Source: Pseudomonadales bacterium (GTDB lineage: Bacteria; Pseudomonadota; Gammaproteobacteria; Pseudomonadales; GM7GCV1). Taken from it: a stretch of 64,000 bases of DNA. This document shows positions 31,207 through 40,527 of this stretch, in pieces. The stretch is taken from the NCBI GenBank assembly GCA_965204215.1, contig CBDBDZ010000013.1, positions 1,165,606 to 1,229,605 on the forward strand, in the 5' to 3' direction. The notes below the pieces were generated by a model. It ran no database searches and was not told the DNA's origin. It was given only the letters and a program-made list of their open reading frames with translations. Position 1 is the first letter of the stretch, and each line of letters begins with the position of its first letter. The translations under genes were made by a program, and so were the position numbers.

Positions 31207-34200
31207 TAATATGCAAAACTATTTGCTCTTGCTGTTTTGTCCATTGTGATTGACGGCGATTATAAGGGCGACGGCTTTGTTCCACTAATCCTTCCCAACC
31301 TAGCTGATTATAACGTGCGCTCCAGCGATAATAAGTGGCTCGTGACCAGCCTATTGACTTCAAACGAAGTGCTTCGCTACAACCTTCTTGTTTCAATTGG
31401 TCATAGAGTTCTAGTCTATGGATTCTGTCAATTGCTTCAGTTGGCGCTCTATCATTAATGCGCCAACTGCGATATGATTTGATTCGTAGGCTTAAGGTCT
31501 GCATGGGTAGTCTCTCTGTAAGTTAATTTAGTCAAATTACAAAGGCTACCCGACTTTAAACCAGCTTTCAAATGACCTATTAATTTGATGGAAAAGTCTT
31601 ACGACTTTACCACAAATTAACAGGTGAAAAATTTAAAAAATAAGTCTCATATCTATCTGAACCTATACATCAGAACCGATTTACCAATATCAATGTCGAG
31701 CAATTATCAGAATAAGATAAAAGGTATGCCCACGACAAATTAGTTGTAAAAGATAGATGCCTCTTTATTTTCCTATAATTTCAAACCCTGCCAATCTTAT
31801 TGGAACGCTCTCGCGGTTCTGGAATATTTGATAATTCGATTCCCTCTTTAATCCATAAAGACCACTGTCTCAAAGCTACACCATATCTAGCTTTAGATTT
31901 TATTTTCCAGTTAAGGTTATTTTCAAAAGATATCTTCTCAGCAATTCCTTTTGCATCTATATTTGGAAACTCTTTCATTAATTCAATACATCTCAGTACA
32001 GACATTTCAGTTTTCACAGCTTCCCAAATTGCTTCTTTTCTTCCTCCTGATTTTTTTATTACATCAAGATTTAAAGTAACTAAATTATTCTTATCGGTGA
32101 CTAAATCAAGCCTCTTTAAAACCGATAGTTCATTTCTTTTTATAGCGGTTTTCAGGCAACCTGAATCAGATATATCGTTAAATGCTTTTAAAGCCGCTGA
32201 AGGAGACACTAACGCTAAAAAAACTTTACTACGTTTATTTCCCCTTTTTATCAAATCTTTCCAATCTTTTATAGCTGATCCCGCATCTTGTACGATAAAA
32301 TCAGTACTAACTGGAGATAAAAACCCACTATAAATAAGGTAAATGGCTAACCTATTTGAATAAGTACTCCAAGTTTTTTCTTCATGTTTAGCTCTAGGCA
32401 CGCATTTTTTAAGAGTTTTTCGAATAATAGATTGGTTAATAATTTTACCAGAGTACTCTTGATAAAGAGCTGTTTTTAGGGAGTGTTTACCCATTTTTTC
32501 ACGAAGTGATTTCAAAATAGCTATTTCATCATTAACACCAAGCTTATCACTTATTTTAAAAGATTCTCCTTTTCGCTCAGCTAGACCAAGTATTACTAAA
32601 TCTGCACCTATATTTAAGACAGTTCTCTTTTTTAAGCCGACCAGCCTCCCAATATCAAAAGAACTTGTAAAATTATCCACTTTCAACATTATACAAATAC
32701 TTATAAGAGAAGATGCTTCGGTTTTTGGAATGTAGTTATATGGTACAGTTGGAATTTTTTTTGTAAGTAGATAGTCTCTGAATATGTCCCAATATACATT
32801 AAGACGATCACCGCTTTTTATAACTAAATGCTTCTGTATTAAATTATTCAAAGCTGTTATTCCTGATATTTCTATAATTTCACTCCAATCAGCTGGTGCT
32901 TTTTGAGCAATGAGCTTTAAACATGCTGATGACTGTTGGGATAAATCCTTTAAATCATCATAAAATAAACGCTCTACATCAATATTAATTAATACAGCAT
33001 CTGCTCCTTTCCCTTTGACCATTCCATCATACAAATTAATATATAACCTTTTTAACAACCATGGGAATCCCTGACTAACTTGGATTATTTGATGTTTAAT
33101 TTCTTGATCAACGTTCTGTCGAATTTCTTTCTCAAACTTAGTAATTGAATTCAATATTTCTCCTTTTTCAAAAACATCTAAAGGAAATTCTTTCCGATAG
33201 TCAGATAGTTCGTGCCATGCATAATAAGCTGGATGGTCATCCTGTGAAATATTATCTGTCTTCCATGCAAATCCTAGAACAATATTACTTTTAATGCTAG
33301 CCACATCAAGCATTAGGTTTTTAGCTGCATTAAATATTCCAAATAATTCAGGTTTGGCATAAATCTCTTCAAATTGGTCAAATATTAAACAAACAACTTG
33401 TTCCTTTCTCACTAAAGATTCTAAATATAACTGGACGCTATTTGAGCTTAATGGTGAATCTGGATTGGTTAGAAACAATTCATTTTTGTCTCCAAAATCG
33501 CATTTTTGGGCTTCTCTCAAAAATTGAATCAATGATGCCAATATATAAGTGGGTTCCCGAGCTCCTCTCATGTCAACAGCATAAACAAAATATTTTTTCC
33601 GATAAAATCTATTCTTAGACTTATCTCTCAGTTTTGCAATAAGGGAGCTTTTCCCTAAACCAGAATCACCTGTTATGGCAAATACTCTTGTCCCTAAATC
33701 TTCCTTAGCTGATTCTAAGAAATTTAGTATATCTTTTTGAGTTGTATCACGACCCACAAAATCTATAGGTCTTGCTGGGCGATAATCGTTCCATGAATCT
33801 GCCGTTTGCACTTCGGCAACAAAAGGTAATTTTTTTGGCAATACATTTTCAATTGTATTACCCATATTAACTTTGAGGTCATACTCAATTAATACCGTGT
33901 CTAACAAAGATAAGTTTTGAATATTAACTCTGCATTAAATATTCGAAATTATTAAGCTGCATATTTAATTTTCTGATGCTTGAAATAAGATTGAATTCTT
34001 TCGGGTTGCTGTTGTAGCAGATTCATATGCTTATCTAATTTTTTAGCAATATCCCCTTTCTTTCGAGTCGGTTTATCAGCACCCATTGAGCGCTTTAAAT
34101 CACAATTGAGATACTCATCGGGGTTAAGTTCAGGGGAATAGCTAGGCAGATAGAAGACCTCAATTTTTTCAGTATTACCTGCTAACCATTCTTGAACCAA

Positions 34201-34415
34201 TTTAGCATGATGTACGCGTAAGTTATCAACAATCAAAAAAACCTTTTTAGATGATTGCTTTATTAATTGTTTCAAAAATTTGATGAAGACCTGAGCCGTG
34301 AACTTATCGTCATAGACCATAAAATGAAGTTTTCCTTGATTAGTAATGGTTGACACCATGTTAACTCGTTCACGCTTAGCCTGAGATAATACTAAAACTG
34401 GTGTTTGCCCTTTAG

Positions 34416-35996
34416 CCCGCATATTTCATAAACCTACAAATAACTTCGAGTTTAAGGTGAAGTTGGATTATCCTGCTTTAATTTAGTTTAAGTTTGTTGA
34501 ATACGTAGCTTAATATGCTCTTTGCCCGAATTTCAGACATAACTCCCCCTTACCCCCATTGTTTGTTCTCGTGCCGGGGCAGCACTTTTTACAGTCCTAT
34601 CCAGGTTTAAGCCGGGCGACAACCAACTCGAAGATATCTTGATAAGGATATGCGCTGGGTAATAGTAAGCGTATACGCCTGGTATTGGATAAAATAACGG
34701 CAGCCACTTTGAGTAATTTAAGGCGTATGGTTCCTACTTGTAATTGGGCAAAAACAGTGCTTTTTAAGCAGTGATGACGTAGTCGCTCCATCAACACATA
34801 AGCCAGTGACGATAACAACAGTCGCCATTGATTAGGCCACCAGTGATGACAACTCGTTCGGTCAGCAAACATATCGAGTTGCTGTTCTTTAATATGGTTT
34901 TCCATTTCGCCACGAGCACAATAGAGATCCTCATAAATAGCTTGATGTTCGCCCGATAAATTCGTCACCACAAATCGCGGGTTCATGCCTTTTCCAGTAT
35001 GTTCAATTTTAGCGATGACACGGCGTTGACGCGACCATGATTGAGCTGCATACTGGATATGAGTAAACCAGCGCAAGGGGTTTCCAGATCGTTCATATTG
35101 TTCATTGACCGCATCAATCCAGGGTGACAGCATCTCTAGTATTCGGCTATTTTTTGCAATGCCCAGCACGTAACCAACATCATGACGCTCACACCAATTC
35201 ATCATTTGATGCCGACAAAACCCACTATCGCCACGTATAATGATTCTGACATTAGGCCACTGTTTACGCAACCGTTTTACCAACAAACTGAGAATCGCCC
35301 AACTGTGCTTCGCGCCATCGATATTACTGGGTCGAAGATAGCTGACCAACAGTTGTTCACCGCAGAATACATACAAGGGTAAAAAACAATAATGCCGATA
35401 ATAACCATTGTAAGAGCGACCTTCTTGCGTACCATGGACGCGATCATCAGTGGCATCGAAGTCGAGAATTAATTCCTCTGGGGCACTATCAAACGAATCA
35501 ATAAATAGGTTCAACAATACGTCATGAATGGCAATGTTTGATTGCGCAGTAAATGATTGTTCTAATCGACACAATGTCGACTGGCTTCCCAGTACTTGAT
35601 CAGCTTCCGTTGCCGTTTGTAATGCCTTATCGTGTCGCAAGGTCTCGTGATCGTTAAGGTCTTCGTAACCCATGCATAAGCTATACAAGCGTTGACGAAT
35701 CAAACTCTGCAGTGAATGTTTCACATAACTGCTGTGCCGGGTATCGGGAAATACCGATGCCACTTGCTTGCTTAGACATAAGTGTTTATCAAGCTCTCTG
35801 AGCAATAAAACACCAGCATCGCTGGTCATATCGCCACCACTAAATTGAGTTTCGATTTGACGGCGATTTAAAGGTGAAAAGTAAGTAGAAGTTGAGGTAC
35901 AATCTGTCATCGGTGCTTGGCTTATAATTTTGACTTAACACATTGAATTATAACGCATTAAACAAGCACCGTACTTTTTTTTATGAAATATGCGGG
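34416..35996 (-). mobile_element. IS1380-like element, copy B (intact)
   Basis: 1581 bp flanked by TTAG on both sides (34412-34415 and 35997-36000). The uninterrupted IS630 copy 2 carries a single TTAG at the homologous site (30583-30586), which shows a 4-bp target duplication. Confidence 0.9.
34597..35910 (-). CDS. IS1380-family-like DDE transposase
   Basis: 437 aa, identical to the product of 46665-47978. It has an N-terminal GGDMTSDAGVLLLRELD motif, GYEDLNDHETLRHD, and the C-terminal YCARGEMENHIKEQQ signature typical of IS1380/IS4-superfamily enzymes. Confidence 0.85.
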   Translation of the reverse strand: MTDCTSTSTYFSPLNRRQIETQFSGGDMTSDAGVLLLRELDKHLCLSKQVASVFPDTRHSSYVKHSLQSLIRQRLYSLCMGYEDLNDHETLRHDKALQTATEADQVLGSQSTLCRLEQSFTAQSNIAIHDVLLNLFIDSFDSAPEELILDFDATDDRVHGTQEGRSYNGYYRHYCFLPLYVFCGEQLLVSYLRPSNIDGAKHSWAILSLLVKRLRKQWPNVRIIIRGDSGFCRHQMMNWCERHDVGYVLGIAKNSRILEMLSPWIDAVNEQYERSGNPLRWFTHIQYAAQSWSRQRRVIAKIEHTGKGMNPRFVVTNLSGEHQAIYEDLYCARGEMENHIKEQQLDMFADRTSCHHWWPNQWRLLLSSLAYVLMERLRHHCLKSTVFAQLQVGTIRLKLLKVAAVILSNTRRIRLLLPSAYPYQDIFELVVARLKPG

Positions 35997-37414
35997 TTAG
36001 GAGCATAACCGCGAGGATAATGCTCTTGACTCGAAATACCTGTTTCATCACCCCAGTGAATTTCTGCATCTTCATCCTGGGCGCGTTGGTGAATTGCAGG
36101 ATAATCTTCATCAAGCCACTGTTGAACTTGAGCAGGTTGCTGTTCATAACTACGTTTGACTGGACGCTGGGGGGTAAAACCCCAACGATTAAGGTAAAGA
36201 CAGACAGTTCGATAGGCTAAATCAATTGAAAATTCATCATCAATCAATTGTTGAACTGCTTTGATTGACCACAGTGCAAAATCCAACTTTAACTGGTCTG
36301 GTGTCTTATCAATAATCAACTTCTGAATATGTTTTTCTTGCTCCGGTGTTAAGTCCCGTCCCACTCCCAATGGGCGTCCTCGTGGTTTTTCTTTGGTGAG
36401 CTTTTCGCCTGATGCTTTATATTCACGTAGCCATTCTGATACCGTGATATAGCGAAGACCAAGCTCTTCGGCTATGGCTTTTTTTGTACGGTCTCCCTTC
36501 TTGTAAAGGCGAAGACAAATTTTTTTCAATTCTAGTCGAGACTCGGGGCTAAGGGTTCTTAAATCTACTTGTTTCATGACTAGTATTATAACATAAAATT
36601 ATGATATATTCATGCAGGGTTAATAGTATCTTCATCTTGAATATGAGCACCACTTTCAGCTCTATATATTAAAACTCCATAAGGAGTACCTCCTTTTAAA
36701 GTGTATACACACCAATATAAACCATACTTGGATATTAATAATACCCAATCACCTAAAAGTTCCTGCTCTCCAACAAAGTTTTTAGCATCCCGAATAGGAG
36801 GTTCGATTATAATTGATGAATTGACTAGTGACTCAATAATAAAGTTGGGTGTATAAAAGCTAAGCCGAGATGATTTTTCTTTATCTTTAGACTTCCATTT
36901 TTCAACAAACCCTTTCGCATCCTTAGTCAAATCTGACGTTGATATAAGCCACCCTTCTGAATATCCCTCACTCTCTACTATACCCCATAATTTATATAAA
37001 ATAGATGCAGATATTGGTTCTTTTTGAGCTTTACATTCTACGAGAATTTCTTTTCCATTGATCTTATGTTTGCATAATAAATCTAATTCGGCACTTATAG
37101 TGCGTATATTTTTAATGACATCATAGTTTTGGGTCACAAGTAGTTTTTTTGCTAATTCTTCCAAAAGGTCACCTTTATCTTTGCTACTATCGCTTCTTTT
37201 ACAAGCAACTTCTATTGTTATATTTGTCATGTTTCAACCTTCTATATATTTAACAGTGATTATAGAATAACATTGAAAAATTTTTTTCAATTGACATCCA
37301 CATATCAAGGCTATAAAAACACGAAAACTACGCAAGATAGAAAAGTGTTGGTAGCCGAAAAAAATAATTTTTTACTCTTGGCTACTGTCCTAAACATCAG
37401 TACTGTAACTATCC

Positions 37415-37924
37415 ATGTTATTGGATATAGTAGAATCAAATAGTCAGAACCGTTTTGCCAATATCGACACCAAGCAATTGTCAGAGCAAGAAGAAGTTTC
37501 CGCAGTCAATTTAGCTACCCAAATACTAGAAAGCTGTATTGAGACTAAAGAGCAGTTACAAGGCTCACAAGATGTCAAAAAATACCTGAGGTTAAAAATG
37601 GATGGTTATAAGCGAGAAGTTTTCTCGGTGTTATTTTTGGATAATCATCATCGAATTATCAGCTATGAAGAAATGTTTCTAGGCACGATTAATGCCTGCC
37701 ATGTTTACTGTCGAGAAATTGTCAAAAGGGCTTTAGATTTCAACTCAAGCGCAGTGATACTCGCACATAATCACCCGTCGGGACTCACCGAACCCAGTCA
37801 AGCCGATATTCACATCACCAAAACCATCAAAGATATTCTAAATGTCATTGATGTAAGAGTAGTCGACCATTTAATCGTCGGGGAGATGGGCGTGGTTTCG
37901 ATGACAGAGATGGGTTTGGTGTGA
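37415..37924 (+). CDS. radC: RadC-like JAB/MPN-domain protein
   Basis: 169 aa with the JAMM-type motif AHNHPSGLTEPSQADIHIT. It is the short form common on mobile elements. Confidence 0.85.
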   Translation: MLLDIVESNSQNRFANIDTKQLSEQEEVSAVNLATQILESCIETKEQLQGSQDVKKYLRLKMDGYKREVFSVLFLDNHHRIISYEEMFLGTINACHVYCREIVKRALDFNSSAVILAHNHPSGLTEPSQADIHITKTIKDILNVIDVRVVDHLIVGEMGVVSMTEMGLV

Positions 37925-38072
37925 ACTTTAAAATTTTCTGAAAAAATAACTATTGCTTTACTCGGGAGCCGTTTCTAAACTGGCTGGCGGTTGGTCTCAG
38001 TCTATTTCATAACCCTATCTAAAAATAGACAAACCAACCCGTCCCGCTTTTCGTTATTATGGTGGCAAATGG

Positions 38073-38825
38073 ATGCTCGCCCCATGGATTATTGAACAAA
38101 TTGAAAAAATACCGCATAAAGTCTATGTTGAGCCTTTTGGTGGTGCCGCGAGTGTTTTGATTCGTAAAAAGCCCAGCGACATTGAAATCTACAACGACCT
38201 CAATGACGAACTGGTCAATTTTTTCAAAATTATCCGTAACCCGTACACCGCTGAACGGCTTATCAATATGCTGGAAAATACGCCGTACTCTCGGGTAGAG
38301 TTTAATACTTCCTATTTGCCCAGTAGCTTTAATCTTGAACGCGCTCGGCGATTAGCGGTTCGGGCTTTGATGGGTTTTGGGGCGACAGGGGCTAGTCGAT
38401 TAGCCAAAACTGGTTTTCGTTACCAAATATCAGGTGACCGCAGTGCCACACGTGACTGGATGACTTATCCCGAATCTCTCAGAAAAATATCCAAACGATT
38501 GAGGTCAGTGGTCATGGAAAATATCGATGCCTTGAAGCTGATTGAACGTTTTGACTCAGAGCGTACCCTCCACTATGTCGACCCGCCGTATATTTGGAAC
38601 ACTCGAAGTAAGAACGCTAAATACCAAGGCTACAAATACGAAATGAGCTATGAGGCCCATATCGAATTACTGCAACGATTAAAAAATTTGAAAGGTTCAG
38701 TACTGCTCAGTGCCTACGAACACCCGCTTTATGACCAACATTTGAAAGGTTGGAAAAAAATCACCAAACCCAGCTTTGCACTTAATGCCGCTCCAAGAAA
38801 AGAAGTATTGTGGATTAAATCATAA
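38073..38825 (+). CDS. DNA N6-adenine methyltransferase (D12 class, Dam-like); start problematic
   Basis: Catalytic DPPY motif (HYVDPPYIW). The conserved N-terminal AdoMet motif (FRYYGGKW) lies upstream of the first ATG, at 38049-38072 in frame. No ATG, GTG or TTG occurs between it and the in-frame stop at 38010. Confidence 0.7.
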   Translation: MLAPWIIEQIEKIPHKVYVEPFGGAASVLIRKKPSDIEIYNDLNDELVNFFKIIRNPYTAERLINMLENTPYSRVEFNTSYLPSSFNLERARRLAVRALMGFGATGASRLAKTGFRYQISGDRSATRDWMTYPESLRKISKRLRSVVMENIDALKLIERFDSERTLHYVDPPYIWNTRSKNAKYQGYKYEMSYEAHIELLQRLKNLKGSVLLSAYEHPLYDQHLKGWKKITKPSFALNAAPRKEVLWIKS

Positions 38826-38913
38826 ATTAGCATTAGAATAGTCATTCTCAATGTGGTACATTTTGAATTTTTGAATATGACAGTGATTTTCTTCGGGTTA
38901 GGCTAGTTTTTCT

Positions 38914-39633
38914 ATGGATAAAGATGGGCTTTCATTTTATATCCTAGTAGGACTTATTATAGCTAGCTGTTTTGCTTTAGGTTATCAAGAACTACTTCCC
39001 AACGATCCAGACGAGCGACTTATTTACGAGTTTTTCTTTTGGGTGTTGGCAGTTATTGCTGCAATAGCTTATCTTGTTCCAGGTTTTTTGATTGAAGGTG
39101 TTGAGATACTGATAGACGCCGCGAAACACTGGGGACACTCATCAAGAATCACTGAATCAAAAGAGTATCAAATATTAAATGAAACTAATGTAGCTTGTGA
39201 CATTGAGAGCTTTAGTGAATTCATTCACAAAATGGCAGCATATTCGGATATTAAATTTTCATTATTTGCCAAAGCAAAAATCCAACAGGTTTATTTTAAA
39301 CTTCAGCAACTGGAAAATTTGGTACCTGAAGTTGTTCAAAGTTTAAAAGCGGCAGAAACAGGGAAATTTGGTGATGCCGCTCAACAAATAGAAGATTTAA
39401 CTTTCACCCTCAAAAATTACCATTCATCAATAGAAGCACTGACAGTCAAGGCAAGCAGCCAGGTAAAATACTGTCGTTATGATTCAGGTGATAAAGCTTA
39501 TGCCTTTTATAATAATGATCTTCGCCAACAAACCCAACAAAAACTTATTGAAAAACTAACCATGCACAAAAATGAAATCATTCCTGACCTCGGACATCGA
39601 TTACTGCCATTGAAACGTTATCGGATAAAATAG
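38914..39633 (+). CDS. Hypothetical membrane protein (2 TM helices plus helical cytoplasmic domain)
   Basis: 239-aa ORF with TM segments FYILVGLIIASCFALGY and FFFWVLAVIAAIAYLVPGFLI. No recognisable family. Confidence 0.5.
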   Translation: MDKDGLSFYILVGLIIASCFALGYQELLPNDPDERLIYEFFFWVLAVIAAIAYLVPGFLIEGVEILIDAAKHWGHSSRITESKEYQILNETNVACDIESFSEFIHKMAAYSDIKFSLFAKAKIQQVYFKLQQLENLVPEVVQSLKAAETGKFGDAAQQIEDLTFTLKNYHSSIEALTVKASSQVKYCRYDSGDKAYAFYNNDLRQQTQQKLIEKLTMHKNEIIPDLGHRLLPLKRYRIK

Positions 39634-39668
39634 AGTCACAAGATCAAGTCAATAATCGTTTTGATAAA

Positions 39669-40019
39669 TTGCAACTTACTAATAAAAAACAAATTAATGA
39701 AGCACTAGCAAAATTTAATAAAATATCAGGTTTAGGTCTTAAGCAGCTTGCTAAGCTAGATGAGAAGTTTGAACTAATCATGGTAATGAAAGATTTGGTT
39801 TATGAACGTGCCGAAACGCAAGAATCACATAATAAGCAGTACAAACAGTTTATTGATGATACCGTCTCTGATTTGAAAAAAGATATGACCACTCTACATG
39901 AATACTTTGGTACATTGAAAACACAGAATGAAGCTCTGATGGCAGCCAATTCAGGCGATGAGCAAGGAGCTTCTATGCAACAAATGATGCTATTACTCAA
40001 AGAGTTGAAAGATGCCTGA
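39669..40019 (+). CDS. Hypothetical coiled-coil protein
   Basis: 116-aa ORF with a TTG start, so the start is uncertain. The sequence is helical and heptad-rich. Its stop overlaps the next ORF's ATG by 8 nt. Confidence 0.45.
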   Translation: MQLTNKKQINEALAKFNKISGLGLKQLAKLDEKFELIMVMKDLVYERAETQESHNKQYKQFIDDTVSDLKKDMTTLHEYFGTLKTQNEALMAANSGDEQGASMQQMMLLLKELKDA

Positions 40020-40527
40020 TTCGTTAGAAGAAAAAAAAGAACTGCTACGATTGAAAGAAGACATGAATCGCGCTCGCCTAGAAATGTCGAGCGGGTTAGC
40101 GGTAGAGCGTCAAAAATCTCGTGAACTCAGTCACCAACAGCGACAGGAACTGGCTCTACAGGGGAACCTTGAAGCCGTTAAGCTTAATCATGAACTCGAC
40201 CCCGTTATCCGTGACCGTGATTTTGCTGACCTTGTGCGGGAAGAAAATGTTCGAGTTCAATCCCTAGGGGCTGAATTATCACTACGCTGGCAATACGATA
40301 AAGCTCAAAAGAATTTAGAGCAAAAGCAAACGATGGAGCAGATGCAGGCTGAGTTAATGCGAATGACGCTGGAATCCAAGCTGGAACAGAAAAAGATGGA
40401 AAAAGAAGAAGCCCTTGAAGAAAAGCTACTGACGTTTAAAGCAGAACTGGCTCAAGAGTTTGGGCAATTATCGGAAGAACAGATAAATAAGGCAGTTGAG
40501 AAGTTAGTGAAGCAGGGGAAGGTTTGA
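40012..40527 (+). CDS. Hypothetical coiled-coil protein (Glu/Lys/Gln-rich)
   Basis: 171-aa ORF. Its TGA overlaps the TTG start of the methyltransferase by 4 nt. Confidence 0.5.
   Translation: MPDSLEEKKELLRLKEDMNRARLEMSSGLAVERQKSRELSHQQRQELALQGNLEAVKLNHELDPVIRDRDFADLVREENVRVQSLGAELSLRWQYDKAQKNLEQKQTMEQMQAELMRMTLESKLEQKKMEKEEALEEKLLTFKAELAQEFGQLSEEQINKAVEKLVKQGKV

Larger units (their letters stand above)
29339..31669 (-). mobile_element. IS481-family-like element (rve-type DDE transposase), itself disrupted by IS630 copy 2
   Basis: The ends start with TGT (TGTCTAGGTTCAG / TGTATAGGTTCAG as inverted repeats). There is a 5-bp TCAGA duplication (29334-29338 and 31670-31674). The transposase halves 29377-30097 and 31209-31504 rejoin in frame to 338 codons once IS630 and one TA are removed. 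HTH and DDE motifs are present (IQIDH, VDGGSEF, NGCVERANG). Confidence 0.75.
29296..31716 (+). pseudogene. radC-like 5' remnant, split by the IS481-like element
   Basis: Segments 29271-29338 and 31675-~31716 align with the promoter-proximal region and first ~25 codons of radC at 37390-37490. After removing the IS and one TSD copy the remnant reads MPLNIAKSKETINQNRFTNINVEQLSE*, against MLLDIVESNSQNRFANIDTKQLSEQEE in radC. It ends in a premature TAA, and no JAB domain follows. Confidence 0.6.
33927..36620 (-). mobile_element. IS630-family element, copy 3, interrupted by IS1380-like copy B
   Basis: Same ends as copy 2, with TA at 33925-33926 and 36621-36622. The transposase halves 33952-34415 and 35997-36577 rejoin to the 1041-nt gene once the 1581-bp insert and one TTAG copy are removed. 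Confidence 0.9.
31781..37230 (-). pseudogene. Mrr-like PD-(D/E)xK nuclease fused to a P-loop (STAND/AAA-like) NTPase; gene split by IS630 copy 3
   Basis: The N-terminal piece (36623-37230) carries the restriction-endonuclease core AELDLL...EILVECKAQ. The C-terminal piece (31781-33926) carries Walker A (GDSGLGKSS) and Walker B (VCLIFDQFEE) followed by about 450 aa of helical region. Removing 33927-36622 gives 2754 nt, one continuous 917-codon ORF reading ...QDEDTINIQNLSLLDTVLIEY.... Confidence 0.75.

Noticed and set aside
37299-37312. 14-nt exact match CACATATCAAGGCT (about 20 of 22 with flanks) shared with 57809-57822 upstream of comM.
   Set aside because: My rough estimate is that exact 14-mer coincidences are expected by chance among all position pairs of a 64-kb AT-rich window. 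No further similarity surrounds the two sites.
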